NCBI GenBank assembly: GCA_044355035.1
Contig: JBIKYX010000003.1
Span: 10,851-74,850 of the forward strand
Direction: 5' to 3'
DNA from: Pseudanabaena sp.
Lineage (GTDB): Bacteria; Cyanobacteriota; Cyanobacteriia; Pseudanabaenales; Pseudanabaenaceae
Length of the DNA: 64,000 nucleotides
Shown piece by piece: positions 53,396 through 64,000 of this stretch (position 1 is its first letter; each line of letters opens with the position of its first letter). The position numbers and the translations under genes were made by a program. The notes beneath the pieces were generated by a model. The model searched no databases, was not told the origin of the DNA, and saw only the letters and a program-made list of their open reading frames with translations.

Positions 53396-53602
53396 AACCA
53401 AAATTTAACCAAAAGGATTACCATTATTATTCTGTGCTTGTACTACAATCTTTAGGATAAGCAAACAAATATTTTCACATCTCTACCTGATTGGATACAT
53501 CTCTACCCGATTGGATGATGATTGTGATCTATTAACTATCGGAATATGCCTGAACTAAGGTATGTTGGCTGCTGTTTTAATGTGAGGAGTTACAAATAAG
53601 TT

Positions 53603-55357
53603 ATGCAAATTTCATCCAGTTGGTTGACGCTTGGTGCGAGTTTATCGCTTCTGATTCCAGCTTGGACAGCCAATGCTCAAGAATTTACGACATCCCTCCA
53701 GCCTTTGAGCGTGGTCAGTATTGAAATCGCCAGAGCAAAGCCAGAGGCGGATAAGCCAGCAACTGTATTTCCCTCAACCGTATTTCCAGTAGCAACACGC
53801 GCAACAGCAACATTTACCGCAATACCCATAGCACCATCAGTTCCATCCTTAGTATCAACGTCATTAGTATCGACATCTACAGTATCAACATTTACAATAT
53901 CGACATCTACAACAACGACGGAATCTGAACCAAAATCTAACATTCCGCAAGTGATCGCAGCGCCTTCTACCCCCTCCCCACAAACGTCTTCACAACCTCA
54001 AATCGTCAGTTCCACAACAGAACCTGCTAGAGTCATCCCCAGTGCGGCGGCAGCTACTTCAGGAAAACTAGATCCTGCTCAAACTCTAGTCGTGCCAACT
54101 ACACCGAGCCAAGTTAAGTTAGAGAACACTAAGTCAATCACGCTCAACGAAGTTGTCGAATTGGTAGAAAGATCAAGCCCTGACTGGATTCAAGCAAAGA
54201 TAGCTGTCGATCGCGCTCGCGCAGTATTAGAAGAAGCCCAAGCAGGGCGATCTGCGACAGTTTCCAGTTCTGCCCAGTACACATTCACGGACTCGGCTCA
54301 AGCGCGACTGAGCAACATTAACAATAATTTATCCAATAATACTAAAAGCCAATCGCTCTCTGGCACAGTGGGCGTTAACTACAATATTTTCGACTCAGGC
54401 GTGAATGATTCCACCATTCGGACTGCGGAAAATAACCTCCGAATTGCCGAAGCAAATCTCAACCAAGCGCGTCAAACGATTCGATTGAGTATCGTCACTG
54501 CCTATTACAACTTACAAAATACTGATGAAACGATCAAGATTCGTCTAAAAGCTGTCGAAAATGCGGAAAAAAGTTTAAAAGACACCAAAGCAAGAGAACG
54601 TGCAGGTGTTGGCACAAAATTTGATGTCCTCCAATCCGATGTCTCACTTGCCAATGCCAAGCAAGAGCTATTTAATGCGGAAGCAGCCCAATTAATCGCA
54701 AGGCGTGAGTTATCGCGTCAAATTAATTATCCGCCCACCGTAGAAATTACCGCTAAGGACGAGGTTGTGCCTGTGGCTCCGTGGCAATTGTCGAGGGAAG
54801 AAACAATTTTACTGGCGCTGCGAAATCGTGCCGAACTTGATATTCGCAAACTAGAGCGAGAGGTAGCCCGCGATCGCGCTACGACTGCTTTAGCCAGATT
54901 AGGACCTCAAGTTAGTGTTTTTGCCAACTTAAATGCCGTTACTGATTTTGCTGGTATAGGCTCTATTGGTACTGGTTATCAACTTGGCACAAGACTAGAA
55001 TGGAATCTTTACGATGGTGGTAGAGCTGCCGCTCAGGTCAATCAGTTCAAAGCCGATCAAGCCACTGCTGAAAGCAATTTTGAAAAGACAGCTCGTCAAG
55101 CTCGCTATGATGTGGAAGAGGCTTACATCAACCAAGAATCTCGCCTTAAGCAAATTGAAACCGCAACTGGAGCAGTTAAACAAGCGGAAGAAGCTCTCCG
55201 ACTGTCACGGTTACGGCTTGATGCTGGTGTTGGTACACAGCTAGAGGTGATTACGGCTGAGTCAGACTTTACCCGTGCGGATGTCAACCGTGTCCAAGCG
55301 ATTATTGGCTATAACCAGTCCCGCGCCAGTCTCGAACGTGCTGTAAGCGGGCTTTAA
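53603..55357 (+). CDS. TolC family outer membrane efflux protein
   Basis: Signal peptide, Ser/Thr/Pro-rich linker, two OEP repeats (AGVGTKFDVLQS, AGVGTQLEVITA). Confidence 0.92.
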   Translation: MQISSSWLTLGASLSLLIPAWTANAQEFTTSLQPLSVVSIEIARAKPEADKPATVFPSTVFPVATRATATFTAIPIAPSVPSLVSTSLVSTSTVSTFTISTSTTTTESEPKSNIPQVIAAPSTPSPQTSSQPQIVSSTTEPARVIPSAAAATSGKLDPAQTLVVPTTPSQVKLENTKSITLNEVVELVERSSPDWIQAKIAVDRARAVLEEAQAGRSATVSSSAQYTFTDSAQARLSNINNNLSNNTKSQSLSGTVGVNYNIFDSGVNDSTIRTAENNLRIAEANLNQARQTIRLSIVTAYYNLQNTDETIKIRLKAVENAEKSLKDTKARERAGVGTKFDVLQSDVSLANAKQELFNAEAAQLIARRELSRQINYPPTVEITAKDEVVPVAPWQLSREETILLALRNRAELDIRKLEREVARDRATTALARLGPQVSVFANLNAVTDFAGIGSIGTGYQLGTRLEWNLYDGGRAAAQVNQFKADQATAESNFEKTARQARYDVEEAYINQESRLKQIETATGAVKQAEEALRLSRLRLDAGVGTQLEVITAESDFTRADVNRVQAIIGYNQSRASLERAVSGL

Positions 55358-55401
55358 ATCACACCAAACTCAAAAAGTAAACTCAAAAGGAGTTGATTTT
55401 T

Positions 55402-55980
55402 ATGACAGTCCAATTGGTTGAGGCGATCGCAAACCCACATAAGTTTCTGTTGACGACCGATCAATATCACCTTATGCATGAAGCTGGTGTTTTTCAAGAT
55501 GGCGATCGCCTTGAATTAATTAATGGAGAAGTTACAGAAATGTCCCCGATTGGCAGAAAACATGGATCTTGTATTAATCGGTTAGTGACCAAACTCACGC
55601 AAAAGCTAGGAACTCGTATTGTTCTGTCTGTACAGAACTCAATTCGCCTTGAGGATAATTCACAGCCACAGCCTGACTTGGCAATCCTAAAGCCGCGTGA
55701 TGATTTTTATGAGGCAGCATTGCCAACACCGGATGATATTTTGTTGATCATTGAAGTTGCCGATAGTTCCCTTGATTACGATCGCCATGTGAAAGCACCT
55801 CTATACGCGGCGGCAGGAATTCCAGAAATGTGGCTATTTGATGTCAACCAGAAAATAATTGAAGGCTATTCACAACCATCGCCAAATGGATACAAACTTC
55901 TCAGGCGTTACGATGAAGGCGATAAATTATCCATACTTGCCTTTCCCGACGTTACTTTTAATTGGAATGAGCTTTTATAA
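55402..55980 (+). CDS. Uma2 family endonuclease
   Basis: Motifs RLELING, PQPDL, LIIEVADSS and YAAAGIPEMW. Confidence 0.92.
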   Translation: MTVQLVEAIANPHKFLLTTDQYHLMHEAGVFQDGDRLELINGEVTEMSPIGRKHGSCINRLVTKLTQKLGTRIVLSVQNSIRLEDNSQPQPDLAILKPRDDFYEAALPTPDDILLIIEVADSSLDYDRHVKAPLYAAAGIPEMWLFDVNQKIIEGYSQPSPNGYKLLRRYDEGDKLSILAFPDVTFNWNELL

Positions 55981-56059
55981 GTTATTTTGAAATTTTGCTT
56001 GACTAACATACAAACTTAAAGTTATATTAGTGAGTTCGGAATTCCAAAACTGTAAAGCC

Positions 56060-57418
56060 ATGCCGCTACCGATTGTTGCCGTTGTCGGTCGCCCCAATGT
56101 GGGCAAATCTACGCTAGTAAATCGCCTCTCAGGCGAACAATATGCGATCGTTTATGATCAACCAGGTGTTACCCGCGATCGCGTTTATCGCGAATGTTTC
56201 TGGGGCGCACATGAATTTCAAGTCGTGGATACGGGGGGATTAGTCTTTGATGATGAGACGGAATTTTTACCGATGATTCGCGAACAGGCGGAGATTGCCA
56301 TTCGCGAGTCGGCGGCGGTGATTTTTGTGGTGGATGGATTGGCAGGAATTACGGATGCTGATGAACAATTGGGCGGCTGGCTACGGCGACAAAACATTCC
56401 TGTGTTATTGGCGGTAAATAAATGTGAAGGTTCTAAATTTGGACTTTCGTTGGCTGCTGAATTTTGGAATTTGGGCTTAGGTGAACCGATTCCCATGTCA
56501 GGGATTCATGGTAATGGTACGGGCGAATTACTGGATGAGTTGATTAAGCACTTACCCGCGCCCGAAGATGTCATTAAGGAAACTGATGAAATTAAAGTGG
56601 CGATTATTGGTCGTCCTAACGTTGGCAAATCTAGCCTATTAAATGCTTTTATTGGTGAAAATCGCAGCATTGTCAGTCCGATTTCTGGCACAACCCGCGA
56701 TGCGATCGATATGTCGGTAGAGCGTAATGGTCGAAAATATCGCTTGATTGATACGGCAGGTGTCCGCCGCAAAAAGAATATTGATTACGGTATTGAGTTT
56801 TTTAGTATTAACCGCGCTTTCAAAGCGATCGGGCGTTCGGATGTGGTTTTGTTGGTGATTGATGCCCTTGATGGTGTCACCGATCAAGATCAAAAACTGG
56901 CGGGGCGGATCAACGATGAAGGGAAAGCTTGTGTAATTGTTATCAATAAATGGGATGCGATCGAAAAGGATTCCTACACAATTTATGACTACACCGCCGA
57001 TGTGAAAAGTCGTCTAATGTTTGTCGAATATGCGCCGATTATCTTTGTCAGTGCGCTCACAGGGCAGAGGGTTGAGCAAATTCTAGAGCGTGTGGACATT
57101 GCTGCCGAACAACATAAACGCCGTGTTCCCACTGCAATTTTGAATGAAGCTTTGAACGAAGCTGTGACATGGCACGCGCCACCGACTAGTCGTGGTGGTA
57201 AACAGGGCAAGGTTTATTACTGTACCCAAATTTCCGATAGTCCTCCGACAGTAATTCTTTTTGTGAATGATCCCCATCGCTTTAACGATAACTACAAGCG
57301 TTACATCGAAAATCAATTCCGTAAAACTCTTGGTTTTGAAGGTACTCCTGTCAGGTTCATCTTCCGTGGCAAGAAGGATCGCGAAGTTGAGAAGTCGAAA
57401 AACTCAGCATTAAGATAG
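56060..57418 (+). CDS. der: Ribosome biogenesis GTPase Der
   Basis: Tandem GTPase domains (GRPNVGKS twice, DTGG/DTAG, NKCE/NKWD) plus a KH-like C-terminus. Confidence 0.97.
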   Translation: MPLPIVAVVGRPNVGKSTLVNRLSGEQYAIVYDQPGVTRDRVYRECFWGAHEFQVVDTGGLVFDDETEFLPMIREQAEIAIRESAAVIFVVDGLAGITDADEQLGGWLRRQNIPVLLAVNKCEGSKFGLSLAAEFWNLGLGEPIPMSGIHGNGTGELLDELIKHLPAPEDVIKETDEIKVAIIGRPNVGKSSLLNAFIGENRSIVSPISGTTRDAIDMSVERNGRKYRLIDTAGVRRKKNIDYGIEFFSINRAFKAIGRSDVVLLVIDALDGVTDQDQKLAGRINDEGKACVIVINKWDAIEKDSYTIYDYTADVKSRLMFVEYAPIIFVSALTGQRVEQILERVDIAAEQHKRRVPTAILNEALNEAVTWHAPPTSRGGKQGKVYYCTQISDSPPTVILFVNDPHRFNDNYKRYIENQFRKTLGFEGTPVRFIFRGKKDREVEKSKNSALR

Positions 57419-57447
57419 TTTGTAGGGGCGCAATGCGCCCCTTGTCT

Positions 57448-58206
57448 TTATCTTGGCGCTCTCCGCCAACCTGCGGCGATCGCTTCAGATTCTGAGCAGA
57501 ACCATTTTTCCCCTTTAGATGGATCGATTTTTGTCCCTTCGTAATCCTCCATACCTACAACATGGTATAGCCTATCTCCTGTCGAGACTGAGATGTTTCC
57601 CTTGATATTGCAATTCTGCTGTGCAACTGGTTCGTTAATAACTATAGGCTCAGAAACAGGCGTAACTTTAGGTGCAGCAACAGGGGTAACTTTAGGTGCA
57701 GAGACAGGGGTAACTTTAGGTGCAGAGACAGGGTTACTAGTTTTAGGTGCAGAGACAGGGTTGCTAGTTTTAGGTGCAGAAACAAGATTACTGGCTTTAG
57801 GTGTAAACGGAAGATTGAACGGAAAATTAAATAACCGACTAAATTGGTTTGGAGCAAGGACAACAACAGATGTAATACCTATACCTACTCCAAGAAAACC
57901 AATAATTAATTGAGGCAATATGCTCTTGCTGGGCTTGTGAATCGCTGCTACAGCCTTATTTCTTGACGAACTTGGAGATGCCGATGCAACACCTTGAATT
58001 GATGCTGAAACTGCACAGGTTTTCCCATTTTTGCCAGTACCTAACGTATAAAACACCACATCTCCTATTTTTGGACGGCGACCTGTTGTCCTAATCTCGC
58101 TAATGTGTAAAAAAATTTCTTCCTTCCCGTCAGTAGGCTTAATAAACCCAAAACCCCGATCATCATTCCACTTAACCAATTGTCCCTTACATAAACTGCT
58201 ATTCAT
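57448..58206 (-). CDS. Cold-shock-domain protein with TM helix, Pro-rich repeats and thermonuclease-associated C-terminal domain
   Basis: CSD motifs WNDDRGFGFI and IFLHIS; C-terminal CNIKGNIS...YH...WFCSESEA.AAGWR. Confidence 0.85.
   Translation of the reverse strand: MNSSLCKGQLVKWNDDRGFGFIKPTDGKEEIFLHISEIRTTGRRPKIGDVVFYTLGTGKNGKTCAVSASIQGVASASPSSSRNKAVAAIHKPSKSILPQLIIGFLGVGIGITSVVVLAPNQFSRLFNFPFNLPFTPKASNLVSAPKTSNPVSAPKTSNPVSAPKVTPVSAPKVTPVAAPKVTPVSEPIVINEPVAQQNCNIKGNISVSTGDRLYHVVGMEDYEGTKIDPSKGEKWFCSESEAIAAGWRRAPR
57651..57802 (-). repeat. Coding tandem repeats (27-bp and 24-bp units)
   Basis: Encodes (VSAPKTSNP)-type and (SAPKVTPV)-type units, about three of each. Confidence 0.8.
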
Positions 58207-58368
58207 TTAAAGATCACTATTTATCAACTATATTTTACTAAATCTATTTAACACATGTATTTTAGCGTTTGTTTGCAAGAAAATAAGCTCTTACATTTAT
58301 TTAAGCACTATGACGGTTACTATGATTGCGGTGGTAAGGTTGAATAATATCAGTAGCAGGGAAAACTC

Positions 58369-59841
58369 ATGGAAGAGCGATCGCAAGCGCTGCTGAGCTT
58401 AGCCAAAGCGAGATTATCCAGACGAATTGCTTTTTGGATATTTATTAGTATTGTGGTGATCGAAGCGATTATTCTGGTTCCGTCATATTTTCGACGTGAA
58501 CAAGAATTACTTGATAGCGCTGAAAATGTATCCGCAATTCATGCCAGATTTTTATTGCAAGCTGCACAATCAATGAAATCTGAGCCACAGATTTTAGATT
58601 TAGCAAATTTGATCAAACAGGATAGTAATATCGTTGGATGGGCGATCGAAGATGCATCGGGGCGGAGAATCTTGCAAGTGGGAGAAGTTGCAACATTAAA
58701 ATCAGCAAATGTGCAAGATAAACCGATCGCTCGTTTGCGTAGTTCTAATGGCGATCGCTACGATGTGGCTTGGAATGGGCGGCAATTTGGTAGTAGATAT
58801 ATTTTAGTTGTGCGTCATAATGTCGAATTTATTAAGCAAGAGCTAATCGATTATGTATGGCGGATTATCGGCTTAGTTGCGATTATTTCCCTATTTGTGA
58901 CAGTCAGTACATTGGTGATTTTAGGAGCGATCGTGATTTTACCGATCTTAAAATTGCGCGAAGATTTGGAGCTTGTCGCCGATTCGATTAGTCAAGAACA
59001 AATGAATTTACGATTTCATTCGATGTTGACTTTGCGGATGGATGAGCTAGGGGATGTGATGTCAGCCTTTAATCAAATGTATGCGAGGATCATCAAAGAA
59101 ATATCCGAACGGAAACGCGCTGAAGCAATCATTCAACAGGAAAAAGATACTTCTGATAATTTACTGTTGAATATTCTGCCCTATGCGATCGCCAATCGTT
59201 TAAAACTAGGAGAAACCGTTATTGCAGATGGTTTTAATGAGGCGACAATTTTATTTGCGGATATTGTCAACTTTACGGAACTATCGGCGACCGTACCGCC
59301 AGTGAAGTTGGTCTGCATACTCAATGAAATTTTTTCTGAATTTGACGGGCTAGCTGAAAAATATGGTTTAGAAAAAATTAAAACCATTGGTGATGCCTAT
59401 ATGGTGGCGGGCGGACTACCCACTTATAAACCCGATCATGCTGAAGCGATCGCCGACATGGCGTTGGATATGCAAAAAGTAATTAGTAATTTTGCCAGTG
59501 ATTTGGGCGAACCTTTCAAAATTCGGATTGGAATTAACACTGGACCTGTGATTGCAGGTGTCATCGGCATCAAGAAATTTATCTATGATCTTTGGGGGGA
59601 TGCGGTTAACATTGCCAGTAGAATGGAATCGCATGGATTAGCCGATCATATTCAAGTCTCGGACTCGACCTATGCAATTTTACAAAATAAATACGACTTT
59701 GTAGATCGAGGCATAATTAAGGTTAAGGGGAAGGGGGAAATGCAAACTTACTTTTTGCTTAGCAAATTACTTAATCAAACAAGTCAAGAGCTTGTTAGTG
59801 AGCCAGATATTAGGAAAAGCGCCGCTTATCAGAACATCTAG
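58369..59841 (+). CDS. Membrane class III adenylate cyclase with HAMP-like region
   Basis: Motifs FADIVNFT, KIKTIGDAYM, RIGINTGPV and YDLWGDAVNIASRMES; the Lys/Asp pair indicates ATP specificity. Confidence 0.92.
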   Translation: MEERSQALLSLAKARLSRRIAFWIFISIVVIEAIILVPSYFRREQELLDSAENVSAIHARFLLQAAQSMKSEPQILDLANLIKQDSNIVGWAIEDASGRRILQVGEVATLKSANVQDKPIARLRSSNGDRYDVAWNGRQFGSRYILVVRHNVEFIKQELIDYVWRIIGLVAIISLFVTVSTLVILGAIVILPILKLREDLELVADSISQEQMNLRFHSMLTLRMDELGDVMSAFNQMYARIIKEISERKRAEAIIQQEKDTSDNLLLNILPYAIANRLKLGETVIADGFNEATILFADIVNFTELSATVPPVKLVCILNEIFSEFDGLAEKYGLEKIKTIGDAYMVAGGLPTYKPDHAEAIADMALDMQKVISNFASDLGEPFKIRIGINTGPVIAGVIGIKKFIYDLWGDAVNIASRMESHGLADHIQVSDSTYAILQNKYDFVDRGIIKVKGKGEMQTYFLLSKLLNQTSQELVSEPDIRKSAAYQNI

Positions 59842-59899
59842 ATCTCACGGTTTGTTTTATTGAAGTAGATGAAATAGGCGATCGCTTGCCATAACCACC

Positions 59900-60265
59900 A
59901 TGACAGTCTTAGACACAAACTCGTTTGAAGTTTATACAATTGGAGCCGCCACTTTTGACTTAAGCGGACTCCCCAAGGAATATTACACGCTCATTGATGG
60001 CAACAAAAACATCACTTGGGTACAGCCAATTTTTCAAGCGCTGGGGCTAAAGTCATTGTTAGCCGCGTCTTTGCCTGTTGAAAATTTCACCCATGCCATC
60101 ATTCATGGTAAGGACTATACGGCAGTGGTGATCAAACAGCAGGGCAGTTATTTGGCTTTGCTAATTGATATTCAAAATGAGATTATTAATGATCAATTTC
60201 TAAACTGGGCGATCGGTTTCGATGCGACAACGCTCCGACATAATCCTAAGTTTCAAGTAATTTAA
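59900..60265 (+). CDS. Hypothetical protein
   Basis: 121 aa ORF between the cyclase and pirin genes, followed by a hairpin at 60300-60320. Confidence 0.7.
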   Translation: MTVLDTNSFEVYTIGAATFDLSGLPKEYYTLIDGNKNITWVQPIFQALGLKSLLAASLPVENFTHAIIHGKDYTAVVIKQQGSYLALLIDIQNEIINDQFLNWAIGFDATTLRHNPKFQVI

Positions 60266-60366
60266 TGATACTGACGCAAAGCGTCACTATTCAAATGGGT
60301 GATGGCGCTTTGCGCCATTAATGTTTAGTTTCATATAATAAGTTTGGATGTTGTTCTGGAAAAAAT

Positions 60367-61065
60367 ATGCTAACCATTCGTAAATCAGAAGAGAGAGGTC
60401 ATGCAAATCATGGCTGGCTCGATAGCTATCACACCTTCTCTTTTGCCAGCTATTATGATCCGCAAAATATGTCTTTTCGCTCATTGCGCGTGATTAATCA
60501 AGATCAAATCGCTGGAGGCAAAGGTTTTGGAACCCATCCCCATCGGGATATGGAGATCATTACCTATATGCTCGAAGGTTCGTTAGAACATAAAGATAGT
60601 ATGGGGAATGGCTCAATCATTCAAGTTGGTGATGTTCAAAGAATGAGCGCGGGAACAGGAATTACCCATAGTGAGTTCAATCCTTCGGCTACAGAATCAG
60701 CCCATCTATTACAAATCTGGATTCTACCCAATCAAGATAATGTAAAACCGAGCTATGAACAAATCTCTTTTTCACGCGAAGAGAAGCTTAATCAATTGCG
60801 TTTGATTGTTTCCCCCGATGGTCGAGAAAAGTCAGTCAAGATTTATCAAGATGCTTATGTCTATGCTTCCATTCTTGATGATGGCGTAGAAGTAACCTAT
60901 ACCCAAAATCCAAATCGCTATGTGTGGATACAGGTAGCAAGAGGAAGTTTGTTAATCGGCGATCGCCTACTGAATGCTGGTGATGCAATTTCTAGCGATC
61001 GCTCTGATAATTGGGCTTTAACTGGTCAAGGTAGCGCCGAAATCCTGATTTTTGATTTGCCATAG
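60367..61065 (+). CDS. Pirin family protein
   Basis: Motifs [28 protein letters not shown] and LQIWI. Confidence 0.94.
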   Translation: MLTIRKSEERGHANHGWLDSYHTFSFASYYDPQNMSFRSLRVINQDQIAGGKGFGTHPHRDMEIITYMLEGSLEHKDSMGNGSIIQVGDVQRMSAGTGITHSEFNPSATESAHLLQIWILPNQDNVKPSYEQISFSREEKLNQLRLIVSPDGREKSVKIYQDAYVYASILDDGVEVTYTQNPNRYVWIQVARGSLLIGDRLLNAGDAISSDRSDNWALTGQGSAEILIFDLP

Positions 61066-61152
61066 TATTTCGCGTAGGTTGCGATCGCACTCACAAAATC
61101 TTTATGGCTTACGCAAAAAAGACTTGAGAAACGTATTTTAAGGTGTTTTCTG

Positions 61153-61180
61153 GTAGGGACAATTCATGAATTGTCCCTAT
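61153..61180. repeat. REP-like palindrome
   Basis: GTAGGGACAATTCATGAATTGTCCCTAT. Confidence 0.7.
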
Positions 61181-61255
61181 TTTCTTGCTGTTGCGTAAGT
61201 CATAATCCTGTTTGTACGGTAAGCCGATCTAGTTCCCTAGTCATTTCGCAGTATA

Positions 61256-61282
61256 TTAGCACTCAGTGAGACAGAGTGCTAA
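61256..61282 (+). promoter_or_regulatory. CIRCE element (HrcA operator)
   Basis: Exact TTAGCACTC-N9-GAGTGCTAA upstream of groES. Confidence 0.95.
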
Positions 61283-61388
61283 AGCACGCAGCTTATGTCC
61301 AAAGTGAAATCAAAATTTGTCTTGAATTTCGCCTTGAGGCATAACCCGCATAGTCCACTCTGATTAGATTTTAAGGAGGTATAGCATA

Positions 61389-61700
61389 GTGGCATCATTA
61401 ACCCTAAATACTGGTACATTGCAACCCCTAGGCGATCGCCTATTGGTCAAAGTAGCCACCAAAGAAGAAAAAACATCGGGCGGTATTTTCTTGCCTGATA
61501 CAGCCCAAGAAAAGCCTCAAGTCGGTGAAGTCGTCGCTGTTGGCGCTGGCGCTCGTAACGACAAGGGTACTCGTGTGGCTCTAGAGGTCAAAGCGGGTGA
61601 CAAAGTTCTTTACTCTAAGTATGCAGGCACTGAAGTCAAAATCGAAAGCGTAGATTATCTGCTACTTGCAGAAAGAGATATTCTCGCGATCGTTGAATAG
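61389..61700 (+). CDS. groES: Co-chaperonin GroES
   Basis: Motifs [23 protein letters not shown] and [10 protein letters not shown]; AAGGAGG RBS with GTG start. Confidence 0.97.
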   Translation: MASLTLNTGTLQPLGDRLLVKVATKEEKTSGGIFLPDTAQEKPQVGEVVAVGAGARNDKGTRVALEVKAGDKVLYSKYAGTEVKIESVDYLLLAERDILAIVE

Positions 61701-61705
61701 AGAGT

Positions 61706-61762
61706 AATTACGAATTATCAATTACGAATTGCGAATTACGAATTATCAATTTACCAATTATT
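61706..61762. repeat. Heptamer tandem repeat (STRR-like)
   Basis: About eight AATTA(C/T)(G/C)-type units between groES and groEL; a short inverse copy lies near 24348-24366. Confidence 0.8.
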
Positions 61763-61769
61763 AAACTAG

Positions 61770-63431
<1,662 letters not shown>

Positions 63432-63447
63432 TTGCTGCTCTGCTCTC

Positions 63448-63527
63448 AAAAAAAGGAGTGGCTTTGCCGCTCCTTTTTTTATTTAGAAATAACAAATAAA
63501 AAAAGCGGCGCGTTGCGCCGCTTTTTT
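63448..63527. terminator. Two tandem hairpin terminators
   Basis: AAAAAAAGGAGTGGC-TTT-GCCGCTCCTTTTTTT and AAAAAAGCGGCGC-GTT-GCGCCGCTTTTTT. Confidence 0.8.
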
Positions 63528-63551
63528 CACTGCCCTAAAAGGGCTAAAAAT

Positions 63552-63698
63552 CTAAACCAAGCCGATTTGTGAAAGAATGCCTTGTCCAGTAATTAATTCT
63601 GTAGCCAAACCAATAACGAAACCTAGCATTGCAAGGCGACCGTTCCAAGTTTCAGCGAAGTTGTTAAAACCGAATTTAGGCTCTGTAGTGTTTTCCAT
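63552..63698 (-). CDS. High light-inducible protein (HLIP), not in the ORF track
   Basis: MENTTEPKFGFNNFAETWNGRLAMLGFVIGLATELITGQGILSQIGLV*, containing the ExxNGRLAM chlorophyll-binding motif. Confidence 0.95.
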   Translation of the reverse strand: MENTTEPKFGFNNFAETWNGRLAMLGFVIGLATELITGQGILSQIGLV

Positions 63699-63847
63699 TG
63701 CAGTAATCTCCTTAGTGGTCTAACTGTTAAGTAAAAGTTAGAAATCTTTGTATGAATTAATAATACTTTATATTTGTTAATATACCATACCACCAAGGAT
63801 AGATTCAACCCAAAGAAGGGGTGGGCTTGACATCATCGCCAAGCACT

Positions 63848-64000
63848 CTACTTCGCGTATAAGTTTTGGAGGGTGGGAATAAATGTGGGGTAGGAAATAG
63901 CTGCGGATTCAGCACGGGCGATCGCCGTTTTACCTTTAGCAACTAGGGCGGCGATCGCTAAGCTCATGGCAATCCGATGATCGTCATAGCTATCAACTTC
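63848..64000 (-). CDS. aroA: 3-phosphoshikimate 1-carboxyvinyltransferase, 3' end only
   Basis: Reads [19 protein letters not shown]...AAISYPTF...*, the EPSP synthase C-terminal motif. Confidence 0.9.
   Translation of the reverse strand, partial: EVDSYDDHRIAMSLAIAALVAKGKTAIARAESAAISYPTFIPTLQNLYAK

Noticed and set aside
53840-53920. Ser/Thr-rich quasi-repeats in the TolC N-terminus
   Set aside because: Low-complexity linkers are common in cyanobacterial TolC proteins.

Overview
Chromosomal segment of a cyanobacterium. Evidence: dense HIP1 octamers GCGATCGC, aa3-type oxidase, a flavodiiron protein, an HLIP, XisH/XisI and Uma2 genes; a Pseudanabaena-like origin is my guess only. Most of the window is housekeeping: ctaD(partial)-ctaE, serS, uvrB, pabB-like, chrA, pyrG, nadK, kdpA-B-G/F-C-D, pdhA, glnT, prlC, flv, pgm, wecB, tolC, der, an adenylate cyclase, CIRCE-groES-groEL, hli and the 3' end of aroA. 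The main accessory feature is a ~6.5 kb island (28.5-35.1 kb). Its module boundaries carry paired HIP1 sites, including three direct copies of a 43-bp HIP1-capped element. In it most toxin/nuclease genes are deleted or truncated while their partner genes persist, and it contains a HIP1-poor TerB-domain two-gene operon that is a candidate anti-phage system. Also notable: a stand-alone T-C-A-T-TE NRPS whose condensation motif is degenerate (NYxxxDS) and whose thioesterase nucleophile is Cys; a two-gene antisense insertion inside the kdp operon; and a triple-nested palindromic repeat after pgm. All family assignments come from motif recognition by eye; no database search was run.
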